A stretch of DNA of 64,000 bases from Methanomassiliicoccaceae archaeon. Its GTDB lineage: Archaea > Thermoplasmatota > Thermoplasmata > Methanomassiliicoccales > Methanomassiliicoccaceae. This document shows, piece by piece, positions 9,055 to 18,688 of the stretch (its first letter is position 1; every line of letters begins with the position of its first letter). The DNA is taken from contig CAVSJV010000017.1 in NCBI GenBank assembly GCA_963728405.1, positions 96,001 to 160,000 of the forward strand. The letters run 5' to 3'. The notes below the pieces were generated by a model. That model was not told the origin of the DNA, ran no database searches, and worked only from the letters and a program-made list of their open reading frames with translations. The translations under genes and the position numbers were made by a program.

Positions 9055-9507
9055 ATGGCAGCGATCTACTGAAAGATAACCGAGTAGGAGGTGGCAGAGG
9101 TAAGAGACCTCATCTGCCAGACCGTAGACTTGTCGTACCCTAAGGCCTACCCTCCTCAGGCCATCGTATTCTTCAAGGGATATCATAGTGTGGACAACAT
9201 CAAGCTTGATGCTGCCCATGGCACCACCCTGATAGCGGTCGTGGGCACTGGGACATTGCTAGATGGGAAGATAAAAAAAAAGGTCTTCGTCGGTCCGGAA
9301 CATCAGGGTCGGGGTATTGGAGGAGAGCTGATGCGATCATTGATCAGCGAGGGCAAGGTCAAGAGGCTGAGGTCGGTGAGCCTCAACGCTTCGCTGGTCT
9401 CCCGGAGAATGTATGAACGCCGGGGGTTCTTCTTCATCCGCAACGGCTACAATGACCTGGGCAACGGCCTCGCCCTTGATCATTATCTGATGGTCAAGGA
9501 CCTCTGA
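9055..9507 (+). pseudogene. GNAT acetyltransferase with N-terminal nonsense codons
   Basis: GAGGAG RBS and ATG at 9055 are in frame with the 9091 ORF, but TGA (9070) and TAG (9085) intervene; HQGRGIG and YERRGF GNAT motifs. Confidence 0.65.
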
Positions 9508-9509
9508 CC

Positions 9510-10787
9510 TCATCTCAGGCTGTTCTCTACCAGCTTGAAGACCCCTACCCCTATGAGCGTGATGATGGCAGCAAGAATGATGACATTCCACCCGAACTGA
9601 GAGAGCATCAACACCGAGGTCCCTGCGCCCAGTAATGCGGAGATCGCGTACCATTTTCCTATCATACTCCCCTTGCGAGCGAATTGGATGACTGCCAGAT
9701 TGACGGCCAGGAACACCAGGAAGATGGTGAAGTTTGCCGCGTTGGCCGTCAGCTCGATGCCGCCCAGGAAGCAGAAGGCGATCGATCCGATCATGGATAA
9801 CAGGATCGCCACCCGTGGAGTGCCCCTTTCGGGATGGAGGGATGTCAGGATGCCCGGCAGAGCGGACCGGGCGGACATGCCGTAGGCGATGCGGGAAGTG
9901 GCGATCAGGATGATAAGAACGGTGTTGGCGGTAGAGATGAGCGCCACCATCGACAGCATGAAGGCTGCGCCCGGCCCTTGCGCCCTCAAGGCAGCGTCCG
10001 ATAATGGAGCGGTAGAAGCTGCCAGTTCCTGATAGGGGAGTATGCTCACCACCGAAATGGCCACCAGAATGTAGATCACGGTGGTGATGATCAACGATAG
10101 GAGCAGGGCCCTCGGTATCGTTCTAGTGGGGTCCTTGGCCTCCTCGCCTATCTTCACCAGTCCTTCGAACCCGATGAAGGCGAAGAATATGGAGCCCACC
10201 GCCCCGATCACTCCTGAAAGGCCGGTGGGAGTTTCGGTCAGGTCCACCGACCCGATGTACCCGAAGCCCAGAACGATGATGATGAGTATCCCGCCTAGCT
10301 CGATAAGGGTCAGGACCACGTTCAGAGCCAGCGACTCCTTGATGCCAAGATAGCTGACCACGGAGAGGATGATGATCAGTAGGCTGGCTCCCAACGCCAT
10401 AGGGATGTTGAAGAGCGATGACAGATAGCCGCCAAAGCCCAGGGCCACCGCGGCCGCGGAGATGATACTGGAGATCAGGACAAGCCACCCTACGATGAAG
10501 GCCCAGAACTTAGAACGAAATGACTCCTCCACGTACACATACTCGGCCCCGCTGACCGGGAAAAGCGACGATAGTCGAGCGTAGCTCAGCCCGCTGAAAG
10601 CAGCCACCCCTGCGGCGATGGCGAACGACAGCCACACCGCGTTCCCGGCTTTTCCGGCAGCGATCCCGATGAGGGCGTACACCCCTGCCCCGAGGATCGT
10701 GCCCACACCATAGGCTACTGCCCCGAACAACCCGACCTCGCGGTGAAGCCCCTCGGACACCATATCGTAATTTGATACGCCACCCAT
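9510..10787 (-). CDS. APC family amino acid permease
   Basis: GTILGAGVY, FFAFIGFE, EEAKDPTRTIPRA; about 12 TMs. Confidence 0.92.
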   Translation of the reverse strand: MGGVSNYDMVSEGLHREVGLFGAVAYGVGTILGAGVYALIGIAAGKAGNAVWLSFAIAAGVAAFSGLSYARLSSLFPVSGAEYVYVEESFRSKFWAFIVGWLVLISSIISAAAVALGFGGYLSSLFNIPMALGASLLIIILSVVSYLGIKESLALNVVLTLIELGGILIIIVLGFGYIGSVDLTETPTGLSGVIGAVGSIFFAFIGFEGLVKIGEEAKDPTRTIPRALLLSLIITTVIYILVAISVVSILPYQELAASTAPLSDAALRAQGPGAAFMLSMVALISTANTVLIILIATSRIAYGMSARSALPGILTSLHPERGTPRVAILLSMIGSIAFCFLGGIELTANAANFTIFLVFLAVNLAVIQFARKGSMIGKWYAISALLGAGTSVLMLSQFGWNVIILAAIITLIGVGVFKLVENSLR

Positions 10788-10843
10788 TGGATAAAAGGGT
10801 CCGTCGGTCCTGCATAAATATCCCGAGAACGATACATATTCTG

Positions 10844-11404
10844 ATGGCCCAGGAAACCGTGACGCCGTACCCTCAGCCGAGCTGGTGGCATCGCAAGGTA
10901 GCGAAAGAGGCTGACCATGACCTCCTCCGAATGGGGGAACGCATCGGCAACATCATCGCCATGTTCTTCATCGTTTTCGTGGTGTTGATCTTCATAAATA
11001 TCCAGGTCCAGGACTACGGTTTCTTCACGACCAAGTTCGGTCCCCTAGAACAACTACTGTTCTACGGATCGCTGCTCTTCGGGGTGATCCCCAGCTTCAT
11101 CAGAGCGGCGATCGGACGAAGGAACCTCGGGCGGCTGGCCGATTTGTTTGGCTCGATCTTGTTCATCGCGGTCACCATCTATCTTCTGGTCATCTTCCCG
11201 TTCGATTTCACGCGCCTCTTGGATCTCCTGCCGTCCGCGGTCCTGCCGGACTTCAACTGGTTCACAAACGATCTGTTCCGTCTATTCTTCGAGCTGGCCA
11301 TCATGCTGTCGGTGATCTCTCTGGTCTACAACGCGATCCTGTACACCGCGGTCCGCAGGGAGCTTCGAGCCAGGGGGGCCAGGGTCGCGCCGACCTCGCC
11401 TTAG
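10844..11404 (+). CDS. Hypothetical membrane protein (about 4 TM)
   Basis: Hydrophobic segments, host-like codon use; likely ATG at 10844. Confidence 0.7.
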   Translation: MAQETVTPYPQPSWWHRKVAKEADHDLLRMGERIGNIIAMFFIVFVVLIFINIQVQDYGFFTTKFGPLEQLLFYGSLLFGVIPSFIRAAIGRRNLGRLADLFGSILFIAVTIYLLVIFPFDFTRLLDLLPSAVLPDFNWFTNDLFRLFFELAIMLSVISLVYNAILYTAVRRELRARGARVAPTSP

Positions 11405-11439
11405 ACCAAGGTCGCCCTCCTTTTCAAAAAGCCGACCGC

Positions 11440-11867
11440 TCATGCCAAATTGAGAACGATCACCGCGATGCCCAGTGCGATCGAGGTGAACCAGAACCCG
11501 AAGGTCATCAGCATGCTGGTTCGCCCATGCCGCCCTAACCCCAGGCAAGCATGGTTCTTGGCCCCCTCAATAGCCAGCTCAGTGTCACTGTGAGGGTGAG
11601 GGCCAGCGTGATCAGGCTCAAGGTGTGATGGACGATCAACACCTGGTCCGGAAGATAGTTAGTACTGACGAATGGCAGATAGTTCAAAAACTTCGGCACC
11701 ATGAATAATGCTACTGCGGCTACATTTGGCACCATGGCCAAGGTCAACAGGATGGCATGAGGTCTCATCTTGCGCTGGAACTTCATCAGATAGGCGCCAG
11801 TGCCTAACATAAACAGGGTCACGATCTGAAGAGCTAGAACGACATAGCTCCCGGAAGTGATCTGCAT
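11440..11867 (-). CDS. DUF420-like 4-TM membrane protein (frameshift near 11550)
   Basis: MQITSGS...RPHAIL...VHHTLS; last TM (MLMTFGFWFTSIALGIAVIVLNLA*) is in another frame ending at 11440. Confidence 0.55.
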
Positions 11868-11914
11868 ATGGACCTCAGATTCGATACGCAGATGCTGATT
11901 GATACCTCTGGACC

Positions 11915-12235
11915 TCAAGGCCCGCAACAGTCGGGTCCGCAGGTCACTTCCTTGCCGGTCAGCGCCGCCTTGATCATGGCCGAGGCGCAACCGACGCCCG
12001 ATTCCACCGATATCGCTCCGGTCGGGCAGTTGACCTGGCAGGCCCCGCATTCCATGCATCTATCGGGCGCAGCCATCCTGGCCTTCTTCCTCCCTGCCTC
12101 GAACACACCGTGGGGGCAGACCTCCGAGCAGCGGCCGCAATTGACGCACTTGCTCGGTCTGAAACGCAGAGTATTGACCGCATTCTCCTCGGCCCTGTCC
12201 ATCGTCATCAACGGGATGTCCATGGTTGTCTTCAT
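11915..12235 (-). CDS. hgcB: Mercury methylation ferredoxin HgcB
   Basis: Two CxxCxxCxxxCP motifs including CMECGAC, GVGCA, C-terminal C..CC; directly downstream of hgcA. Confidence 0.93.
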   Translation of the reverse strand: MKTTMDIPLMTMDRAEENAVNTLRFRPSKCVNCGRCSEVCPHGVFEAGRKKARMAAPDRCMECGACQVNCPTGAISVESGVGCASAMIKAALTGKEVTCGPDCCGP

Positions 12236-12265
12236 CAGTACCACCCTATCATCAGTACCACCCTA
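12232..12265. repeat. 17-bp perfect tandem duplication at the hgcA/hgcB junction
   Basis: tcatcagtaccacccta at 12232-12248 and 12249-12265. Confidence 0.95.
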
Positions 12266-13241
12266 GTATGTTACCTGCCATTATGATCATTAATGCCATC
12301 CCTATTATCAGCATCGCTACGAAGACCGGCATATAGCGGAATATCTCCTTCTTCACTCCTGTTCTGGAAGTATAGGTCGAACTGCCGGTGAAGTTCAGGC
12401 CGAGGTAGCCGGTGACGGGGGCAATGAGCAGCGCAAGGGCGATGCCAAAGACCACTAGGTTCCATGCCGCCCGGTCCCCGTACATCATGGCGTTCCATAG
12501 TGAAAGGGGAATCGACAACAGTATGCCCAGGACCAGACCCTTGGTCGAGAACTCCTTGGTGGGGAGATAGGGAAGTAAAAGAGGGAACAATACTGCGCCA
12601 CCCAGAACGGCGGCCACCGCGATGAAGGCCGCGAACGGTCCCCCCGCCAGGAACAGAAGGATGACCGCCGGAACAAGGTACTTCAAGGATTGCAGCAGTT
12701 CCATCGGGGCGAGCACGGCGCGGTCCCTTAGAGGGAAGGTTACCCTCCTCATCTCCGGTGTGGCGATCCCTGTCTCGAGGTATTCCTTCACATCTCTGGC
12801 TCTCACCGGCCCATACTCCACGGTGAACCCGGTCCGCTGCTTGACCTCGTGGGCCGCGACGCCCGGTGCACCGAGCTGCGGGAGGATCAGGCGGCGGTGG
12901 CGTACGATATCGGCCAGGCCGGTCTCCTGGACCCTCCTGATCACCTCCTCGGTGCCGAAGGTCCCTTTCCCCGCAGCGCACCAGACGTTAATGCCCTTCG
13001 TGTCAAGGACCATTATGTAGCAGCCGACACCCCGCAAAGAGGAACGGATGGCGTCGAAGCTCAGGGTGTAGTTGGCGGTGACCAGCACCGGGGAGTCCTG
13101 GTCCGGCGTCCCCAGGCGATATAGGCCGGGGATGACCAGGTGTTCCATGCGTTTGTATGCCAGCCTGATCTGGACATGGTCCCAGCGATCGTGATCATCG
13201 ATCTCGGCAGTGGTGGTCATGGTCTCGGTTGGCATGTCCAC
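12252..13241 (-). CDS. hgcA: Mercury methylation corrinoid protein HgcA
   Basis: Cap-helix motif NVWCAAGK, VTANY, LPQLGAPG, C-terminal TM helices and NFTGSSTYTS. Confidence 0.96.
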   Translation of the reverse strand: MDMPTETMTTTAEIDDHDRWDHVQIRLAYKRMEHLVIPGLYRLGTPDQDSPVLVTANYTLSFDAIRSSLRGVGCYIMVLDTKGINVWCAAGKGTFGTEEVIRRVQETGLADIVRHRRLILPQLGAPGVAAHEVKQRTGFTVEYGPVRARDVKEYLETGIATPEMRRVTFPLRDRAVLAPMELLQSLKYLVPAVILLFLAGGPFAAFIAVAAVLGGAVLFPLLLPYLPTKEFSTKGLVLGILLSIPLSLWNAMMYGDRAAWNLVVFGIALALLIAPVTGYLGLNFTGSSTYTSRTGVKKEIFRYMPVFVAMLIIGMALMIIMAGNILGWY

Positions 13242-13502
13242 CTACCTCGGGGCGGTGATGTCCTGGAGGAGCGGACCCATGCGATCCTTGACCATATCCA
13301 GTAGCTCGTCGGTCTTGAACATATATATGCAGCAGACCTTGCCATCTCTTTCTCGGGTCACCACTGCCAGCTTGTCGCCGGGCTGCAGACCTATCTTCGC
13401 CCGTATCTCCTTGGGCAGCACCATCTGGCCGCGATCGTCGATGCTCACTATGGCCTCTACCCGAAGATCGTCGTTCTTCTGCTGGGTACAGCAGGTCTCC
13501 AT
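13242..13502 (-). CDS. AbrB/MazE-like hgcAB-associated protein with vicinal Cys pairs
   Basis: VSIDDRGQMVLPKEIRAKIGLQPGDKL swapped-hairpin pattern; METCC and KVCC. Confidence 0.85.
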   Translation of the reverse strand: METCCTQQKNDDLRVEAIVSIDDRGQMVLPKEIRAKIGLQPGDKLAVVTRERDGKVCCIYMFKTDELLDMVKDRMGPLLQDITAPR

Positions 13503-13552
13503 CTTCTTGCCCTTGACCAAATTCTCGCCTTGACCGGGAACGACGATCGGCC

Positions 13553-13585
13553 TATTTAGATTCTTCTGAATAATCAGAATAATCA
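13553..13585 (-). promoter_or_regulatory. Putative hgc promoter/operator
   Basis: TATA-like TCTAAATA (minus, 13553-13560); palindrome TTCTGA-ataa-TCAGAA (13564-13579); tandem GAATAATCA x2 (13568-13585). Confidence 0.45.
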
Positions 13586-13808
13586 TAGGGTGTTGGGCAA
13601 TAACGATCCTAGGTAAAAGGGGACCGATAAATTAGCAAGCCAGCATGGAATAATATTCCAGTTGTTCCCTTGCCTATTGAAAATTTCTCAGCGAGCATTT
13701 CACAGAAGGCATTTTCCCTACCCTGCCTTGACAGAGGTAGCTGAGCCCTTTCCCCATGCACACAGGTTCGGGACAGGATGCGATCGAGAGAAAGAGGCCG
13801 CGGGCCTT

Positions 13809-14907
13809 TTACTCCTGGATGATCACGATGTTCTCGCTGTTGACGACCGCGTTACCGTTGCCATTCATGCCCACGGCCTTATCATGCTGGCACTTCTGAA
13901 CGAGGGCAAGCATCTCGGCCGATGAGCAGTTCGCCAATGCCTTCGCGAAGGCATTGATGCGGACCACCTCTCCTTTCTTGAACTTACCTTCGACAGAGAC
14001 GATGCCGCAGGGAAGGAGCGATCGGCCGGCCCTCAGGGCTTTCTCCGCACCCTCATCCACCATGATCTTGCCGCGGGGGCAGGCGAACAGTATCCACCTT
14101 TCCCGATTCGTGTAGTGGGACTTGGCGGTGAACAACGTCCCCAACTCCTCGCCGGTCGCTACCCTCATGATAACGTTTCTCGGTCCGCCCATTAGCGATG
14201 ACCATGTTGCAGCCGGACTGCATGGCGATCTTGGCAGCGTTGATCTTCGTCCTCATGCCCCCAGTGGACCGCTCGTTCTTCCGGTTACCAGCGATGTTCT
14301 CGATATCCTTGGTGACCTCGTCCACCGTGGGGATCAGATGGGCGTCCTTGTCCCCCTCGGGGTTGCGGTCGTACAGTCCGTCGACATCGGTTAGTAGTAT
14401 CAGCAGGTCGGCGTCCATCTTGCTAGCCACCAGGGCGGAAAGCTTGTCGTTGTCTCCGAAGATCTCCTCGATCTCGTCGGTGGCGATGACATCGTTCTCG
14501 TTGACGACGGGCACGACGCCCAGACGGAACATCTCATCAATGGCCTTCCTTAGGTCCAGATACCTGGCCCGGTCGGAGAATGCTCCGTAGGTCAGGAGCA
14601 CCTGACCCACGCTCTTGTCGTACCGTCGGAAGGCGTCCCGCCAGGCCAGCATAAGGCTCGCTTGCCCTACCGCCGCGCAGACCTGCTTCATGGCCACATC
14701 CTTGTTCTTACCGTCCAGGTGCAGCTCCGACGAGCCGGAACCGATCGCTCCCGAGGTCACCACGATGCTTTGGATGCCCTTCTTCCCGAGCTCCACGACC
14801 TGCCTTGCTACCTCGTCGAGGTAGGCCTGGTCGACCGTGCCGTCGCCTTTGCAGACGGTGTTCGTCCCGATCTTGACGACGATACGCTTAGCGTTGAGGT
14901 CCCTCAT
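13809..14907 (-). CDS. proB: Glutamate 5-kinase with PUA domain (frameshift near 14177)
   Basis: VVKIGT, TSGAI, NEND, FGDNDKLSA, TGGMRTK; PUA domain continues in the 13809-14192 frame. Confidence 0.92.
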
Positions 14908-16223
14908 GCAATCTTCCTATGTGTGAACTTCCTGGCATCCTTACCGGAGTATTCGGCCACCGTCTGTCCAGTACCACGAAGCTTGTACTTGTATATGACC
15001 AGACCCTCCAGGCCGACCGGCCCGCGGGCGTGGGTCTTGTTGGTCGATATGCCAACCTCCGCTCCCAATCCGTAGCGGTAGCCGTCGGCGAACCGGGTGG
15101 AGACATTCCACATGACCGATGATGAATCCACGAGGTCCATGAACCTCTGGGCCACTGCGGCGTCCGCGGTGATGATCGCGTCGGTGTGGTGGGATGAGTA
15201 CCGGTTCACATGCTCGATCGCCTCGTCCAGCGAACCGACGATCTTGATCGAGAGCACAAGGTCGTTATATTCCGCGCTCCAATCGTCCTCGGTCGCCGGT
15301 TCGGCGGCGATGATGCGCCTGGTGGCATCGTCACCTCTCAGTTCGACCTGGGCCTTGGCATACTCAACGGCCATGGAAGGCAGGAACTTGGCGGCGACGC
15401 TCTCGTGGACGAGCAGCGTTTCCATGGCGTTGCAGACGGCGGGGTATTGGACCTTGGCGTCGTAACAGACCTTGACGGCCATGTCCAGGTCCGCCGCCTT
15501 ATCCACGTAGGTGTGGCATATACCGGCGGCATGACCCAACACGGGAATGCGCGTGCTATCCTTGATGGAGCGGACCAGCTCGTTCGATCCCCGGGGAATG
15601 ATGAGGTCGATGAGGTCGTCATGCTTCAGGAGCTCGCGGAACTGCTCACGGGTCGATAGCAGCTGGACCGCGTCCTCGAAGCGGCTGTCCACCGAGACAA
15701 GCGCCTCGATGATGGCGGCAGCAAGGGCCTCATTGGTCTCCCTGGCCTCGATCCCGCCCTTCAATAGCACAGCATTGCCGGACCTCAAACAAAGGCAAGA
15801 GATCTGGACCATAGCATCGGGCCGGGACTCGAAGACCACACCAATGACCCCAATAGGGCAGGTCACCTTGTCCAGGACCAGGCCTTCATCGAGCTCGGTG
15901 CGGGAGAGGAGCTTTCCAACCACTTCCTCCTGCTCGATAAGCGAGTGAATGGATCGGACCGATTCCTCGACCTTCGGCCGATCGTACCTCAACCGTTTCA
16001 CCAGAACCTGCGAAAGACCGGTGCGCTGGGCGGCCTCCAGGTCCCGACGGTTTGCCTCCTCGATGCTCGCCGAACGCGCCACCAGGGCGTCCGCTATCCT
16101 GGCCAGGGCTTCGTTCCTGGCCGGCAATGCGATGTTGGCCAGACGATAGGATGATTCCTTGGCCTTCTCCGCAGCCGCTCTAATGGGATCCATAACGGGC
16201 CAGAAAAAATGTCCCCAAGCCAT
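14904..16223 (-). CDS. proA: Gamma-glutamyl phosphate reductase (start may be 16193)
   Basis: FESRP, IIPRGS, GICHTYV, VCNAMET, GAEVGIST, HARGPVGL. Confidence 0.96.
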   Translation of the reverse strand: MAWGHFFWPVMDPIRAAAEKAKESSYRLANIALPARNEALARIADALVARSASIEEANRRDLEAAQRTGLSQVLVKRLRYDRPKVEESVRSIHSLIEQEEVVGKLLSRTELDEGLVLDKVTCPIGVIGVVFESRPDAMVQISCLCLRSGNAVLLKGGIEARETNEALAAAIIEALVSVDSRFEDAVQLLSTREQFRELLKHDDLIDLIIPRGSNELVRSIKDSTRIPVLGHAAGICHTYVDKAADLDMAVKVCYDAKVQYPAVCNAMETLLVHESVAAKFLPSMAVEYAKAQVELRGDDATRRIIAAEPATEDDWSAEYNDLVLSIKIVGSLDEAIEHVNRYSSHHTDAIITADAAVAQRFMDLVDSSSVMWNVSTRFADGYRYGLGAEVGISTNKTHARGPVGLEGLVIYKYKLRGTGQTVAEYSGKDARKFTHRKIA

Positions 16224-16353
16224 ATATCTTTCGCTTCATCGGCCGCTGCCCCGGTCCTTTGACATTTCCGCGACCTTGACCGGGATGCTTGCGCTAAGCA
16301 AGCAAAAAAGTATATCAACGTCGCGAACTGGAATGGTTATTGGAGGCTAAAAG

Positions 16354-16560
16354 ATGTTCAAACTGATGAAGTTCTTCGTCATGATGGCCCTGGTAGTATG
16401 GGTGGCCGCGGCCGTAGCAGCCATGATGAGCGGCGCGATGGGGATGATGAAGAACAAGATGCCGTGGATGAAGATGAAGGAACGACTTCGCGAGCACATG
16501 CCCGAAATGAGGGCCAAGATGGACGAGAAGATGGCCGAGGCGGAAGAACACCTTACCTGA
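16354..16560 (+). CDS. Small Met-rich single-TM protein
   Basis: GGAGG RBS; 16 of 68 residues are Met; N-terminal hydrophobic helix. Confidence 0.65.
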   Translation: MFKLMKFFVMMALVVWVAAAVAAMMSGAMGMMKNKMPWMKMKERLREHMPEMRAKMDEKMAEAEEHLT

Positions 16561-16629
16561 TCAAGAACACATATCAAACCTGGGCTAGCGATGCTCTAGC
16601 ATGAGGGCGTCGCATTCTTCTCCTTTTTC

Positions 16630-17211
16630 CTAATCCAGGTCATCTCTGTCGATATCGAACCCCACGATGCGGCTGAGATGCCCTTCGGCACTGATGTTCA
16701 ACCATCCGCGAACGATCTCGTCGACCGGCGCCGCCGGACTGCATGCTACGACGTTCTGGATCCCTTTGACCTCTTGCAGGAGGTCGAACTCCACCTCGGG
16801 GATGACGAAATAGGGCTCTCCCTTGACCCTCACTCCTTCGTAAAGTACGAAATCCTTGCTCATGAACCGGACCGACCGATCTCCGCTCCTTTCCTGGACA
16901 CTTCTTTCGCCGACCCATTCTCCGATCTTCTTTCCGTCCTGGTCCCGGAGTTGAAGTGGCTCATTGGTCCGGGTGGCCAGGGTGGACCCGGCATCGACAA
17001 CCATAGCGATTTGGTACTCCCGGCCCAACGCGGTCCAGAACCCTTCATTGACCACTTTGATCGGTCCGGTTCGCATGGTGTCCTCCTCCACCTGCCTCTC
17101 CTTCTCGATGACCTCGTCGCACTGGGCTTGGTCCAGCACTAGGAGCCCCCGGAGACCGCCTATCTCCCGAAGTCTATCCTGCACCGTTGCCAGGGTCTCT
17201 TCGATCCTCAT
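16630..17211 (-). CDS. Hypothetical protein
   Basis: 193-aa ORF with host-like codon use followed by a T-rich tract. Confidence 0.7.
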   Translation of the reverse strand: MRIEETLATVQDRLREIGGLRGLLVLDQAQCDEVIEKERQVEEDTMRTGPIKVVNEGFWTALGREYQIAMVVDAGSTLATRTNEPLQLRDQDGKKIGEWVGERSVQERSGDRSVRFMSKDFVLYEGVRVKGEPYFVIPEVEFDLLQEVKGIQNVVACSPAAPVDEIVRGWLNISAEGHLSRIVGFDIDRDDLD

Positions 17212-17279
17212 GCTTAAAATCAGGAAATGAAAGGGATATCAAGTTGCTGGTGCCAGGCTCATTGTCGTCGGCGACCTGA

Positions 17280-18653
17280 CGAGTTCCCTTCCTGATGAGA
17301 GATGGGATGATCACTGAGAGCGTGAGGACGAGGAACACGATACCACAGAGCTAGACGATGCGGTGCAGGTCCCCGGCGGCACCCTGTCCCATGCTTCCGG
17401 CGGCCACACCGCTGATGATCAGGATCACGTTGCTGATGGTCATCCCCAACAATCTGGCCGTCTCGGTGACTGCCGAGGCCATCCCATACTCCCTGCGGAC
17501 GATGCTCCCCATGGCCCAGTCGACGACGGCGGGCATGAACAGACCAGTACCTATCCCGATGAGGGCGAGCGATGCCATCATCACCGCGACGGACGCCTCC
17601 GGCTGGGCGATCAGGACCGCCAATCCCCCAGCATTGATCAGGGTCCCCAGACTGGTCACGGCACGGTCCTTGATCCTTGTAAGCAGCAGACCGCTCACCG
17701 AGCTCATGATGGTCGTCAAGACCTAGGGAACGAGCATGACGAAGCTGGCCTCCAGAGGGCCCAGGCCTAGGTTAAGCTGGGAGTAGAGAGATGGAAGGAA
17801 GGGCACGGCGAAGGAGCCGGCCTGGAAGACGATGTTCGTGACGATGGTCAGGAGAAAGGTCCGGTTCCTGGACATTTCCTTGTTAACTATCGGCCGCGGA
17901 TATCGCCTTTCCCAGATCAGGAGTCCGATGGTGACGAGGGCCCCCATCAGCAGGCAGGATCGTCCGATGGCGGCAGTTATCTCCGAAAGCCCGTAGAACA
18001 CCAGGAGCAGGCTCGCGCTGAACGGGCCCATCCCCATCAGATCGAAGTTTTCTCCCGGGAGAGCTCGCAATTCCCCCCGGACCCTCGAGAAGAGCAGGTA
18101 AAGGTTGAAGACGGCCAGCACGACGGCGATCACGAACAGCACCCTCCAGATCAGGTAGACGGTAAGAAAACCACCGGCCAGCAGACCGGAGGTGAAACCG
18201 GCGAACATGAAGGTGACATTGAGCCCGATGGCCTTACCTCGGCCCTTCTCCGGAAATACCAGGCTCAGGAGGGCGATGGAGGTGCCGAAGACCGTGGCCG
18301 CTCCCGCTCCGGTCAATCCGCGGCCCAGGATCAGGATGCTGATGTCAGGGGCGAAGATGCAGATGGTGCCGGAAAGAACATAGAAGATCATCCCCGCAGT
18401 GAACACCTTCTTGGACCCCTTAACATCGGCGATGCGTCCGAACGGGATCGACAGGGAGGCGGCGGCGAGGAAGAACGCAGCGGTCAGCCATGCCAGTAGG
18501 GCGACCTCTGCCCCCAGGTCCTCGCCGATAGCTAGGGGCCGCCACGACCATGGAGGCCACCAGGAAGGGAGCTATGCACGAGCCTAGGCCGGACACCAGC
18601 TGCACGGACCGCCTGCTCCGGAGCGAATGGTCCGGGGGAGCTTCCTGCACCAT
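17280..18653 (-). pseudogene. DHA2-type MFS transporter with one frameshift and two in-frame TAG codons
   Basis: PFGRIADVKGSKKVF MFS motif A; frameshift near 18530; TAG at 17723-17725 and 17351-17353 in the same frame, with a TM helix continuing after the second; 3' end approximate. Confidence 0.75.
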
Positions 18654-18688
18654 CCCTGGTACAATGGCCGCTTCGGATACGAAAAAGA

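Noticed and set aside
9070-9072. Selenocysteine TGA in the GNAT gene
   Set aside because: Not a Cys-equivalent position, accompanied by a second stop, and no SECIS-like element seen
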